Part shown: in pieces, positions 1-12,374 of the stretch
Layout: every line of letters starts with the position of its first letter
How positions within the stretch are numbered: position 1 is the stretch's first letter
Assembly: GCF_032191835.1 (NCBI RefSeq)
Contig: NC_083233.1
Location: 34,968,001-35,032,000, forward strand
Length of the DNA stretch: 64,000 nucleotides
DNA from: Heteronotia binoei
Taxonomy: Eukaryota
Direction: 5' to 3'
Made by a program: the position numbers and the translations under genes
The notes under the pieces: generated by a model
Database searches by the model: none
Told to the model about the DNA's origin: nothing
What the model saw: only the letters and a program-made list of their open reading frames with translations

Positions 1-31
1 AGAGGACTGTATATTTTAATATATATATATC

Positions 32-940
32 ATGAAGATAGAATGCCAGCAGGGGGTTGGGGGCTTTCCAGTGTTTTGCACTGAGTGTCACATGTATGAC
101 TATCTGCCCAAAGGACAGAAGTCTTGGGTGTGTGCTCGATGCAAGGAGCTCCTGGTCCTCAGGGAACGAGTTCGTACCCTTGAGGCCGAGGTGACTGCCC
201 TGGAGAAGCAGAGACGGTCAGTTAGGCACTTGGGGAAGACTCTTAGGGGCGTATTAGTTGAGCCCCACTCTGAATATAGCAGCCCCGTTGCTGCCAGGGA
301 GCGAGAGGGTCGAGAGGGAACAGGGCACCGTGCTGAGGACAAGGGGAATGCGCCCTCAGAAGGGACCTCTTCTTCGGTTGGTGAGCGGGAATCCTTTCGC
401 GCCAAGGAACCATCCCTGAGCAGGGGGAGAGGGGGGGGGTTGGTAGTTGGTGATTCGATCCTAAGGCAAGTAGACAGCTGGGTGGCAAAACCGCGTACTG
501 ACCGTATGGTGACTTGCCTGCCTGGTGCGAAGGTAGCGGACATTACGCGTGTAGTAGATAGACTGATAGACAGTGCTGGGGAGGAGCCTGTGGTCGTGGT
601 GCATGTTGGCACCAACGATGTGGGGAAATGCAGTCATGAGGTCCTGGAGGAAAAATTTAGGCTGCTAGGCGGGAGACTTAAGGCCAGGACCTCCAAGGTA
701 GCCTTCTCGGAAGTGCTACCTGTTCCACGTGCAGGGCAGGAGAGACAGGTACAAATTAGAAGTCTCAATGTGTGGATGAGACGATGGTGTAAGGAGGAAG
801 GGTTTAAGTTTGTTAGGCACTGGGATGCTTTCTGGAACAAGCGGGAGCTGTACAAAAGAGATGGTCTCCACTTGTCCCCGGATGGAACCAGGCTGCTGGC
901 GCTTAAAATCAAAAAGGTGGCAGAGCAGTTTTTAAACTAA
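32..940 (+). CDS. CR1 ORF1 protein (Cys zinc-finger/leucine-zipper + SGNH esterase), intact
   Basis: 302 aa: CTEC...CARC, heptad segment LRERVRTLEAEVTALE, SGNH blocks GDSI, HVGTND, DGLH. Confidence 0.92.
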   Translation: MKIECQQGVGGFPVFCTECHMYDYLPKGQKSWVCARCKELLVLRERVRTLEAEVTALEKQRRSVRHLGKTLRGVLVEPHSEYSSPVAAREREGREGTGHRAEDKGNAPSEGTSSSVGERESFRAKEPSLSRGRGGGLVVGDSILRQVDSWVAKPRTDRMVTCLPGAKVADITRVVDRLIDSAGEEPVVVVHVGTNDVGKCSHEVLEEKFRLLGGRLKARTSKVAFSEVLPVPRAGQERQVQIRSLNVWMRRWCKEEGFKFVRHWDAFWNKRELYKRDGLHLSPDGTRLLALKIKKVAEQFLN

Positions 941-969
941 ATCTTGGGGGAAAGCCGACAGGAGATGAA

Positions 970-3828
970 ATGTCTCTGGTTCGGGAGGACTCGTCTCAAA
1001 GAGATGAAGGGTTAGCTGCTATTTTTCTACCGGGTAACGGACCAGAGTTGTCCACTGTGAAGGCGACAAACAATACGGACTGTCTGCCAGAGTCTCGAGG
1101 TGGCAGGAGGAAGGTGGCGGGCCTAGCTCGCCTGGGAAATTATAGATGTTTGTATGCAAATGCTAGAAGTGTTCAAAGTAAAATTGGTGAATTGGAATGT
1201 TTAGTGTTGGGAGAAAACATAGACATTGTGGGAATTTCAGAAACTTGGTGGAATGAGGAGAATCAGTGGGACACGGTGATTCCTGGATATAAGCTATATC
1301 GGAAGGATAGGGAGGGAAGGGTTGGAGGTGGGGTGGCTCTGTATGTCAGAGAGGATATACGGTCCAGTAAGACTGAGGTCAGAGAATTAGATTCACTTTT
1401 AGAAATGCTTTGGGTTGAAATAGAGGGCCCAAAAGGAAATTTAACTATGGGAATTTGTTATCGCCCACCAAATCAAAAGAGAGAGGACGATTATAATATG
1501 ATGGAAGGCTTAAAGATAGCGGCTAAACGTAAAAACTGTGTCGTAATAGGTGATTTTAACTACCCGCAGATTGATTGGGTCAATATGTGTTCTGGTCGAG
1601 AGAAAGAGATTGAGTTTCTTGATGCTCTCAATGACTGTGCTATGGAGCAGATGGTCTCAGAACCTACCAGGGGTGGGGTGATCCTGGATTTGGTCCTAAG
1701 TAATGCCCAAGACTTGGTGAGAGATGTAAAAGTGATTGCGCCGCTTGGGAGCAGTGACCATAATGTTATTGATTTCACCGTTTGTATAAATAGGGAGTTG
1801 TCCAAAAAGACCGCCACAACCACGTTTAACTTTAAAAGGGGTAAATACACTGAGATGAGGAGGCATGTGAGGAGGAAACTGAAAGGAAAGGTACATATGG
1901 TCAAAACCCTTGGGGAAGCTTGGACGCTATTTAAAACTATAATCCTAGAAGCTCAGATAAAATACATACCACAAGTTAGGAAAGGCACAAACAGGCATAA
2001 GAAAAGGCCTGCGTGGTTAACAAACAAAGTAATGGAAGCTGTAAAAGGTAAGAAGGACTCCTTTAAGCGGTGGAAAACCACTCCAAGTGAGATTAGTAAA
2101 AGGGAACACAGGCTGTGGCAAATCAAATGCAAGACTGTGATCAGGCAGGCAAAAAGGGACTATGAGGAGCATATTGCAAAAAACATAAAGACCAACAATA
2201 AAAATTTCTTCAAATATATTAGAAGTAGGAAACCAGCCAGGAAGGCAGTGGGGCCCTTGGATGACCATGGGGTAAAAGGATTACTGAAGGAGGATAGGGA
2301 AATGGCTGAGAAGCTAAATGAATTTTTTGCCTCCATCTTCACTGTGGAAGACGAGAACTTTTTGCCCGCCCCAGAACCACTAATTTTGGAAGGGGTGTTG
2401 AAAGACCTGAGTCAGATTGAGGTGACAAAAGAGGAGGTCCTACAACTGATAGACAAATTAAAAACTAATAAGTCACCGGGTCCGGATGGCATACATCCGA
2501 GAGTTCTGAAAGAACTCAAAGTTGAACTTGTGGATCTTCTAACAAAAATCTGTAATCTTTCATTGAAATCTGCCTCCGTTCCTGAGGACTGGAAGGTAGC
2601 AAATGTCACCCCCATCTTTAAAAAGGGTTCCAGAGGAGATCCGGGAAATTACAGGCCAGTCAGTCTGACTTCAATACCGGGAAAGTTGGTAGAAACCATT
2701 ATCAAGGACAGAATGAGTAGGCACATTGATGAACACGGGTTATTGAGGAAGACTCAGCATGGGTTCTGCAAGGGAAGATCTTGCCTCACTAACCTGTTAC
2801 ATTTCTTTGAGGGGGTGAACAAACATGTGGACAAAGGCGACCCGATAGATGTTGTTTACCTTGACTTCCAGAAAGCTTTTGATAAAGTTCCTCATCAAAG
2901 GCTCCTTAGAAAACTTGAGAGTCATGGAGTAAAAGGACAGGTCCTCTTGTGGATCAAAAACTGGCTTAGTAATAGGAAGCAGAGAGTCAGTATAAATGGG
3001 CAGTCTTCGCAGTGGAGGACGGTAAGCAGTGGGGTGCCGCAGGGCTCGGTACTGGGTCCCATGCTCTTTAACTTGTTCATAAATGATTTAGAGTTGGGAG
3101 TGAGCAGTGAAGTGGCCAAGTTTGCGGATGACACTAAATTGTTCAGGGTGGTGAGAACCAGAGAGGATTGTGAGGAACTCCAAAGGGATCTGTTGAGGCT
3201 GGGTGAGTGGGCGTCAACGTGGCAGATGCAGTTCAATGTGGCCAAGTGCAAAGTAATGCACATTGGGGCCAAGAATCCCAGCTACAAATACAAGTTGATG
3301 GGGTGTGAACTGGCAGAGACTGACCAAGAGAGAGATCTTGGGGTCGTGGTAGATAACTCACTGAAAATGTCAAGACAGTGTGCGTCTGCAATAAAAAAGG
3401 CCAACGCCATGCTGGGAATTATTAGGAAGGGAACTGAAAACAAATCAGCCAGTATCATAATGCCACTGTATAAATCGATGGTGCGGTCTCATTTGGAGTA
3501 CTGTGTGCAGTTCTGATCGCCGCACCTCAAAAAGGATATTATAGCATTGGAGAAAGTCCAGAGAAGGGCAACTAGAATGATTAAAGGGCTGGAGCACTTT
3601 CCCTATGAAGAAAGGTTGAAACGCTTGGGACTCTTTAGCTTGGAGAAACGTCGACTGCGGGGTGACATGATAGAGGTTTACAAGATAATGCATGGGATGG
3701 AGAAAATAGAGAAAGAAGTACTTTTCTCCCTTTCTCACAATACAAGAACTCGTGGGCATTCGATGAAATTGCTGAGCAGAAAGGTTAAAACGGATAAAAG
3801 GAAGTACTTCTTCACCCAAAGGGAATAA
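970..3828 (+). pseudogene. CR1 ORF2 (endonuclease-reverse transcriptase), disrupted near its C-terminus
   Basis: EN motifs (YANARS, ISETWW, GDFNYP, SDHN) and RT motifs (PGPDG, YRPVSLTS, YLDFQKAFD, GVPQGSVLGP, KFADD). TGA at 3514-3516 where Trp is expected (VQF*SPHLKKD). The frame continues as ORF 3547-3828, then shifts near 3822. Confidence 0.93.
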
Positions 3829-4329
3829 CATGTGGAATTCACTGCCACAGGAGGTGGTGGCAGCCACAAGTATAGCCACCTTCAAGAGGGGTTTAGATAA
3901 AAATATGGAGCACAGGTCCATCAGTGGCTATTAGCCACAGTGTATGTGTATATATAAAATTTTTTGCCACTGTGTGACACAGAGTGTTGGACTTGATGGG
4001 CCGTTGGCCTGATCCAACATGGCTTCTCTTATGTTCTTATGTTATCTCTGATCATGAGCCCAGTACATTTTCTTCATGAACACAGCCCACCTTTGCACAG
4101 CTAGGATGAGAAAGAATGGGCTTGAGTTGAGGAGCATCTCTCCTTTTAGAAATTAATCACAGACGAACAGTGTTTCAGATGTGTTGTTAATTTCTGTGTT
4201 AGTCAGTTTTGCCTGTATGACTTAAGAGCTCCAAAGCCCAAACTAAGGACCGTTTTTGTAATATTAAGGCTGAATTTTATGTTAATTGAAAAAATGTAGA
4301 AGGGGGGGGGGAAGGAAACCAATTTATTT

Positions 4330-5020
4330 CAGCTCCTAGAGTATTTACAGTTCACAGACTTAGAGCAGCCAATGATCCTATATACAGCAGGACTGGAAAT
4401 TTACAATTGTATTATTGCTTTGCTTTATACTCAGGCCAGGATTCTTTTGGCACAGAGATGGAAACTTCAGGAAATTCCCACAAGAATGGACTTGGTGGGA
4501 AAAATTCTTGAAACAGCCGAGTTGGACTACTTATCCCAGCTGTTGGCTGGGAAATCTAAGGAAGAAACAAGAAAACATTTGTTGAAATTCTATACTTAGT
4601 TAGATACTCAAGACTCTTAAGATTCTCTGATGTGAACTTATATCTCCTTTCTCCTGTACTTTGTGCTATAAGGTTGCTTTTGTTGAAAATGTCAAATTAA
4701 ACAGATATCTTAACAAGATTTACAATACAAAATACCAAAATGTTNNNNNNNNNNNNNNNNNNNNNNNNNNNNNNNNNNNNNNNNNNNNNNNNNNNNNNNN
4801 NNNNNNNNNNNNNNNNNNNNNNNNNNNNNNNNNNNNNNNNNNNNNNNNNNNNNNNNNNNNNNNNNNNNNNNNNNNNNNNNTTAAGAAAGTATAGTAGATG
4901 CAGATTTGTATTTCATGAAAGTGCTTTATATGCAGACTAAGATTGATGTGTAACTTAAATTTCTTATCCTCCTTTACCCCTTATCCCCCATTTCTAGAAA
5001 ACTAATAAAACCCTTTAAAA
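4330..5020 (+). mobile_element. L1-clade LINE 3' fragment spanning an assembly gap
   Basis: ORF 4372-4599 (ARILLAQRWKLQEIP...AELDYL) resembles the ORF2 C-terminus of the L1 at 29008-29397 (ARTLYAQLWKQEKIP...SEMDKL). AATAAA at ~5005. Boundaries approximate. Confidence 0.65.
4745..4880. other. Assembly gap (136 N)
   Basis: Run of N in the sequence. Confidence 1.
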
Positions 5021-6151
5021 CTGATTTATACTCGGTCTTTCTCCCCAGTGGAGACCCAAAGTGAATGAAGCTTGCTGTGCCATCCTAGACAGAGTTACAT
5101 CCTTCTAAGAACACTGAACTGTGTGAGGGTGTGGCTCTGCTTAGGATGCTGCTGGTGATACCCTCAGCTGCAGAACATACAGAATGAACTTAGTAATGTA
5201 TAGCCAGTTTTGTGATGTTGCTTATGAAACTTTTAAATACTTAATATTGATGCATCCCTTCTTCATTGAAGGACTCTGATTCATTGCTGGCATCGGGTTT
5301 CAGCTGGGCATTCGGCAATGTCATTTTATGCTGCAGTTTGCTTTGCTCCTTTTGCTTAACGTGGCAACTTAATTTTAATATTTTATTGTTATATTGATTG
5401 ACAGGCTCAGTGCCTTGAACAAACAGAAAGGGGGAATATAAATAACCAAAGAAACAAATCTAAGGGAGCAAATATTTGTTGACTTGATTGGCACATTTAT
5501 AAAGCTTGATTAATTTGGGGGGGGGGGGTGCAGTTTAAGTAGATCTGAAATGTAAAAGCGTTCCTCTATGATGTTGAGGATATTTTGGTTCAGGTGCATT
5601 AAATGCAATATTAAATATCAAAGACCAATTAAAAGTGGCCCCTTCTTTTTGCAGAGAAAACTCCGCAGGAAGGGCTTTGTTAGTCCACAGCAGCAAATTC
5701 AAACAGGAGTTCACTGGCACTTGACAGTCCTGTTCCAAAATTAGTTTTTGTTGGTCAGAGGTCACCTCATCAGATGCAGGTTGCATCAAGCATAGCAGCT
5801 AGAGTCATAAATTCATGCTAGTTATTAGAGCTGGACACTATATGCTACATGGAAGTTTATGCTGGAATAAATTTTGTTCACCTCAACGATGTCAGTGCAC
5901 TCTTGCTTTATTTTCCAACAGACAGTAGTAGTGTCTTCATTAAATTGCACATCAACTTTGAATCCTTCAAGAATTTATCCAAAAAGGAACCTATACCTGT
6001 GACTGGACCTCTAGAGAAGTTTAGTGAATCCATCATTCATTAATCGATTGATGGGTGGGAAAGGCTGGTGATCAAACAAGACCGACTACACATCAATCCA
6101 CGTTGCCTGTGTTTGGGGACTAATTTTCGAGTCAGTCAACATGGGGGCTCT

Positions 6152-6300
6152 ATAATAATAATAATAATAAATTTTATTTGTACCCCGCCTAGGCAGGCTC
6201 AGGGCGGCTAACAACATTTCGTACATATACAATAATAAATAAAAACATTAGATTTAACAGTAAGAACTTTAAACATTATTTAAATAATAATTGAGTAGGT
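6152..6300 (-). mobile_element. L2-type LINE 3' end with (ATT)n tail
   Basis: Reverse complement matches the 3' end of the L2 fragment at ~9520-9621 (gccgccctgagcctgcc...gcggg...acaaa..taaattt(att)n). Confidence 0.7.
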
Positions 6301-6339
6301 TGGCAACTCCGAATCCAGAGCTCACGGCTTCTCATGCTT

Positions 6340-7250
6340 GCCTAATGCTACTCGGGAATTCCCTTTCCAAGGGATCGGCGCCAGCAGGAATAAGTATATG
6401 CAGGCAGTAACCCACCGGAGCGGGTGTTTGGCCAAGTGCGCCCTGCTGGCTGCGCAAAAGCGTGGGAAGGCAGGAAGCCCCTCTCCCTCCCCGCCAGTGT
6501 TTTGGAGGGAGCTGCGCCCTCTCCGGCTTGCGCAAGCGTCGACGGCCGCCTCTAGTTGCTGCCCGCCCGGAGCCCGCGCCTGGGGCAGAGCGGGCGGATG
6601 TGCCCCGGTCGGTAGGCGCCGCGAAGCCCCCTTCCCTTCACAGGCCCGCCGGCACCCGGGAGGAGCCGCCCGCCAGCCAGCCACCATGCGTCAGGCCTTG
6701 ACTCAGCCGCGTCCCAGCGCCATCCCCCTCTCCTCCGACTCCATGGGTGAGTGAGTGGCGGCGGCGTCCTCTCGGCTCTTGCCTGGCGAGCGAGGGGGAG
6801 AACTGGAGGCGGGCTGGGCGCGGGCAGAGCGACGGGCTCCGGGGGCGCTTGGGCGCGGGGGAGAACGGCAGGTGCGCCGCGGAGACTCCTTGGATGGCTT
6901 TTGGCTTCGCTTGGCGAGGAAGGCAAGAAGAATCCCCTTCGGATTCCGTTGCAGGGATCGCCCTTGACCCAGCTCGCTCGCTCGGGCTTTTGCTCGCGCT
7001 GGTAGACAGGCTGCCGCTGCCCCTTGCCCTGGACCCTTGCTGCCAGCCCGGCCTCCTTTCTGCAGAGTGGCCGCTTGCAGCAAGAGGGCAGCCGGTTGAA
7101 AGGGTGGGAGCGCCCGAGTGCCTTCTGCGTAGCTGAGCTGGGGGACTCCTAGAACCGAAAGAGGCGGCTGGAGAGGGCCTCGGTTTTCATTTCAAGCCTC
7201 TTCACATCTCCCTGCCATTCGCCTCCGCTGGGCCTCCTCGGGAGTAAACC
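6340..7250 (+). promoter_or_regulatory. CpG island / promoter of TMEM255A
   Basis: GC- and CpG-rich block around coding exon 1. Contains a 12-bp palindrome GCTTGCGCAAGC (6526-6537; includes the C/EBP-type TTGCGCAA). Confidence 0.85.
6686..6746 (+). CDS. TMEM255A: TMEM255A coding exon 1 (61 nt)
   Basis: ccaccATG Kozak context. MRQALTQPRPSAIPLSSDSM-G matches recalled human MHQSLTQQRSSDMSLPDSMG. Donor G|gtgagt. Confidence 0.9.
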
Positions 7251-8989
7251 CCAGGAGATGGGCTCTCTTCACTAAGAAGCACATTTAGAACTGCTGCTAT
7301 TAAACAGTGCTATTGTCCGTATGGGATGCTGCTGCTTTGATTAATCCGAAGTCCCTCCAGTCTTAACTTAAAAAAAAAAATGCAACCTAATCTTAACCCT
7401 GTTTAATTGGGTGGAGAAGGTCTTTTCACTTTGAAAGGGATTTGCTTCTAAGGATGCATGCTTAAGATGGCAGCCTTAAGGAATTTTGTCATGATGGATA
7501 CAGTAGGCTGTAGAAATATTGGCCTAGCCTGCATGTCTCTAGAGTTTAAAAGAATTGGGCAGAGATGGATTATCCAAGACGGGCTGAAGATGTTGCAAAA
7601 GAAAACTGAAAACACAAACACTTTTCTCACACATACTAGTGCATCAAATAGGCTGTGTCATCGATTCCAAAAGTTGGTCAGTTCTTAGTGTTTCCTGCTG
7701 GCTGTGTTATAGCAGGTTTCTTTCTTTTCTTTTCTTTAATGAAAAGGACTCAGATTTGACCATGTTCTGCCTCCTCTTCCCCCCTCCCAAAAAAAGAAGA
7801 GTTGAATGAACTTCTACTTGCCTCTGGTTTCCTTCTATCATGGGAGCTTGTGATGAAGTGCTTAGGTGTGTGCATCCATTCACTTTCTCAGAGAACAGTT
7901 ACGAATTCCCTCAGTAACTTCAGCAGTGAAGTACCCCTCATGTGTTCTGTCCATTGAGGTGGGTGATAAATTACTAAACAAGGTACTGAGCCATATGGCC
8001 TCATCCAGCAAGAATGTTTTTATATTCAAATGAAATACAAGTTCTTTTGGGGGTAAATTTTGAAACTTGGGATGTGCCATCCTTATTGCAGCTATGCGCA
8101 ACTTAGATGCTTTTGGATAAGCCTTCTGAAGCATCTCTGACTTATTTGCAGGTTTGCTTTAATATAGTTCAGTTTTCAAGAGACAAAGCTGGGCAGAAGA
8201 CTTGTGCATTCACTGTGCTTTCCAGTAAGAGAGAGTGCTGAACTGCTTGCTCGTGTTCTTGATTGGAAAGGATGTAGCTGAGGAGAGGCAGTTTAAAAGT
8301 CTTTGTGACACTAGTACAGCGCTGCAAAACTTGTGACCTACCAAGATAAATGGCACCCACTAGCCATGCTTGGGGTCCTCAGGATGGATCCTACCCCTCC
8401 TCTGAGCAAAGTTTATTTCTTTATTAAAATATTTATACCCCACCTTTCCTTTTGACTGAAGCTTTCCTCCAATTGAAGGAGAAAGAGCCATGCTGGAAGA
8501 ACAACCAGTTAAGCTGGGGTGAGGCTACTTGGAAGATGGTTGGATCATGACCTTGTAGACAATCCTGTTTTGGTTGCTCTACTTAGACAGCACAGAGACA
8601 CTTACAGGCAGGACATATTGGTTTAAAGCACTGGTTTAAACTGTGGTTTAAGTTGCCACTCAGATAGACTGCATTGCTTTCAATGGGGCTCCCTTCCCAG
8701 TTAGAAAATGTTCCTTAGGATTTCATGGCTATAATGTCCCAAGTGCCAAAGCAGGGAGGAGGTGGGTGATGTTCCGCTTCAGGTGCTGCTGCTTGAATGT
8801 CTCTTGCCCTACAGAATTCACAGTGAATTACACCCTTCTAAACACGTAGTCTCTAATGGATTTAGGAGAGTGTAATTTTACATAGGACAGCACTGCTATA
8901 TATGGCAGCAAGTATGAAAGGAACGATTTCCTTTTGGCTTTCTCTGTTCATGCATAAGGATACTTTCTCTGTTCATGCACTAAGGACAC

Positions 8990-9569
8990 GTGCAGCCTGG
9001 GCTGCGGAATCTGCACTGGCTGCCGGTTGTGTATCGTGTTCGCTATAAGGTGCTGGTTATTACCTTTAAAGCCCTATATGGCCGAGGACCTGCCTACCTT
9101 AGGGACCGCCTCTCCCCATATGTTCCCCAGAGAGCACTGAGATCCAGTTCCCAAAACCTTTTTAAAATCCCTGGACCAAGAGAGGCTAGACTGAAAACAA
9201 CGAGGGAGCAAGCCTTCTCAACAATGGCCCCCCGATGGTGGAATCAACTTCCAGAGGTTGTGCGAGCCCTGCGGGACCTGAATCAGTTCCGCAGGGCTTG
9301 CAAAACCACCCTCTTTCAGCTCGCTTTCAAGATAGAACCCGGCTAAATTGACTTTTAGCCATCTTATATATGACTGTGAATTGTAGCACCTTAATTATTA
9401 ATACATAACAGCTGTTTTATCTAATTTTAACCTAATTTACAACTGTAAATTAATTGTATTTTAATTTGTCTTATTGTATTGCTTGTATTTTACTGAAATC
9501 ATGGTTGTTCCATGTCTGTGAGCCGCCCTGAGCCTGCCTTTGGTGGGGGAGGGCGGGATACAAAAATAA

Positions 9570-9621
<52 letters not shown>
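8990..9621 (+). mobile_element. L2 LINE 3' fragment with (ATT)n tail
   Basis: ORF 8990-9346 LHWLPVVYRVRYKVLVITFKALYG..P.YL is the typical L2 ORF2 C-terminus. Long (ATT)n at ~9572-9621. Confidence 0.88.
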
Positions 9622-9623
<2 letters not shown>

Positions 9624-10342
9624 GCTAGATAAGTTTCTTTCAGACTGAATTCCCTAAACTTTCCAGAAACAAAGGCAAGTAACTGCTGGGCAAAATTGCA
9701 TTTCTTCATGCCCATGTTCTTTGGATGATGGTTTAAGTATTCATACATGGCCTGTTGTGTCATATTTATGATGCTTGACTTCAGAAGTCCCAAGGTATGG
9801 ATACAGGGAATAAGATGTACTATAGCCTTGCAGATCAACAGATCTGGGTCTGGTCAGTCCTTGGATGAGAGAGCTTCCAGGAATTCTGTGTAAGTTCCTT
9901 TCACTCCATGAAAGAAAAGTGGGGAAGAAAGGAGGAATATAAATACAATAAATATAAATTTAATGTCAGATGATACTGCTTCTGGTTTATTGTATTACAC
10001 TGTCAAAGCTTACTTTTTCTCAGTGTGTTCTTTGGAGGACCAAGACAAAAGTCTCCCACCTCACTGAACCAGGGGGCACTTTTGGAATCTAGAGACCAGG
10101 TAGATGGCACCACAACAGAATGGCTGCGTGTGAGGGAAACTGCGAACTGTTAAACAAAATGTTCCACACAATATTCCAGGCAAAGCATTATCCTATGATG
10201 GAGGCACTTTCTCAAATGGGTGACCCAAACAGACATAATAGTGTTGCCTCCTGGGCTGAAGCACCTCTTGTTCCAATGAGGTATGGTAGAGGAAAGCCAG
10301 GATTAGTTCTTTATATGACTGCCAGGAAATGCTTTGGTGGGC

Positions 10343-10480
10343 AGCATAACATAATAGAATCATAGAGCTGGAAGGGACCTCTAGGGTCACCTAGTCCAAC
10401 CCCCTGCACAGTGGAGGATATTCATAAATACCTCTCCCCCCACCACACACAGTGACACCTGCTTCATACCCAGAAAATTG
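10343..10480 (-). mobile_element. CR1 3' end fragment (ATTCTATG-tail type)
   Basis: agaatcatagagctggaagggacc...gtccaaccccctgc is the reverse complement of a typical CR1 terminus. Confidence 0.7.
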
Positions 10481-10496
10481 GGGGAGGGGACTCCAG

Positions 10497-10762
10497 GATC
10501 CAGTATGATATAGTGGTTAAGTGCGAGGACTCTTGTCTGGGAAACCGGGTTTGATTCCCCACTCCTCCACTTGCAGCTGCTGGAATGGCCTTGGGTCAAC
10601 CATAGCTCTTGTAGGAGTTGTCCTTGAAAGGGCAGCTGCTGTAAGAGCTCTCTCAGCCCCACCTACCTCACAGGTTGTTTGTTGGTGGGGGGAGGTAAAG
10701 GAGATTGTGACCGCTCTGAGATTCAGAGTATAGCAGGATATAAATCCAATATCATCATCATC
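10497..10762 (+). mobile_element. tRNA-derived SINE (Squam3-like)
   Basis: Pol III A/B-box head (tagtggttaag...gggtttgattcc), body shared with copies at 25.5 and 54 kb, (ATC)n tail. Family name from memory. Confidence 0.85.
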
Positions 10763-12231
10763 CCTGGCCAAACTGGCCTGGAGAAAAATTGCTGACTGAT
10801 CTCAAAGTGGGGAACAGCATTTTCCTGGGTGTGTAAAAAAAGGCCATGAGAACTAAGCACTGATGCAACCCTTCCTGCCCTCCTCATGATCTGCCTGAGT
10901 CCACAGAATCAGCATTGCTGTCAGATGGCCATCAAGCCTTTGTTTAAAAAAATCCAGTGAAGGAGAGACCCCCACCTCCTGAGGCTCCTTTATGGTGGGG
11001 ATCACAGTGTTAAAGAGTCTGCACATACAATCTCTTAAAATGTGTCTGTGTTAAATATGGATTTCATTTTAAACCAGCCTATTTTAAAGAGCTGGTTCAA
11101 ATAACTGGACTGAATATTTTGATTCGGCTACTTTGGGTGCTCTGTTAAACTCTTGGAATTTCCTTGGTTGCAGAAGGCTGGACCACAAGGCCAGATTTGA
11201 CTCAATCTGATTCAGAAGGCTTGATCTTCCCACCACCTGTGCATTAATTAGCTAGATATAATTGAAGGATCTTCACAGGACACTATTGTCTCCTTTTGCT
11301 TTCCCTCTACACGCACACAGCATTATCTGGCAAAAAAGTTCATAAGCCAAAACTGATGGCTGCAGCTATAGTGCAAGTGCAAAGAAGTGGAGTGGGGGAG
11401 AGAAAGATGTCTCAATCGGTGCTAATGAACAGTGGCTGATTGGCCAGTTGCCCTTACTGGTATCTGCAGCATGACTTCTACTGAGGGTGACCAACTGGTT
11501 GGCAACAGAATGCTTTACTCACTGCTAGTGACTGAGGCATCAACAGCTGCCTTCCAATGCTTTCTGCTAAGGGTGGGAGTTGCCCGTGCCCCCTTGATGG
11601 TGGTTCTGCCCAGCAAACTGATGCAGTGCTGACTGATGTTACACTCAAGTAAAAGCGGGGGGAGTAGATTTATCAGCAGGAAGCATGAGAAGTTTAGCCA
11701 TTGCAGCAGCCTGCCCACAGTTAGTGCGTTGGAAAACTCTCCAGTTTTCCGCCTTGCATGCAACTGACATTGTCAGGCATACACTCAGCAGGCCACAATC
11801 ATAAGGTCTGCAGGCTCTGATTAGCTTGTTTAGGTCACAAATTCTGCAGACCTATTCTAGGAGGATTTTTTTATTATTGTGAAATTTTTAGGGATGCTTC
11901 TTAGGTTCCATAGCTTGTCTGTTGAGGCTGAATGGACACTGCATGAGAGCATAGCCATGTTCTTATGTGGCTACTCTTTGTTTCAGTAGGGTTTGTGCAA
12001 GCGAACGTCCTGAGGCATTGCATCATTAGGCAGCAAATCCACAGTCCGTGAAAATCAGCAGTGCAATGGCAAAGCACAGCTCTTGCCTTTGTATTAGAAT
12101 TTAAGTGTTAAAGTGAGCCATCTTGTATGACCTGAACAGAGAAACCAGACAAGCCAAGAAAGCATGGGAGTGGGTAAGCTGTGCATCTCCATGCTGATGG
12201 AATTAGCCAATTCTTGTATGTGTGTTTCTAG

Positions 12232-12374
12232 GGTCTTTCAATAGAAGAAAAAGAAATTCCCTCTACGTAACGGTGACTCTTCTCATTGTGTCTGTATTAA
12301 TTCTTACGGTTGGTCTTGCTGCTACTACAAGAACCCAAAATGTGACTGTTGGAGGTTATTACTCGGGGGTTATT
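12232..12374 (+). CDS. TMEM255A: TMEM255A coding exon 2 (143 nt)
   Basis: ttctag| GSFNRRKRNSLYVTVTLLIVSVLILTVGLAATTRTQNVTVGGYYSGVI |gtaagt. Confidence 0.97.

Larger units (their letters stand above)
1..4043 (+). mobile_element. CR1 LINE, near full length (5' UTR cut by window edge), young copy
   Basis: ORF1 plus ORF2 (APE endonuclease + RT). 3' stem-loop (gggccgttggcc) and terminal (TTCTTATG)-type microsatellite at ~4024-4043, typical of CR1 3' ends. Confidence 0.97.

Noticed and set aside
3514-3516. In-frame TGA in CR1 ORF2 as selenocysteine or programmed read-through
   Set aside because: It falls at a conserved Trp position and no SECIS is evident. A simple G>A nonsense change is more parsimonious.
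100-3921. Minus-strand ORFs over the CR1 and plus-strand ORFs over the L1 and ZBTB33
   Set aside because: Antisense shadows of real coding frames.
4661-4940. ORFs 4661-4894 and 4740-4940
   Set aside because: Artefacts of the N run.
6322-7136. Many overlapping ORFs on both strands
   Set aside because: Stop-poor GC-rich CpG island. Only 6686-6746 has homology and a splice donor.
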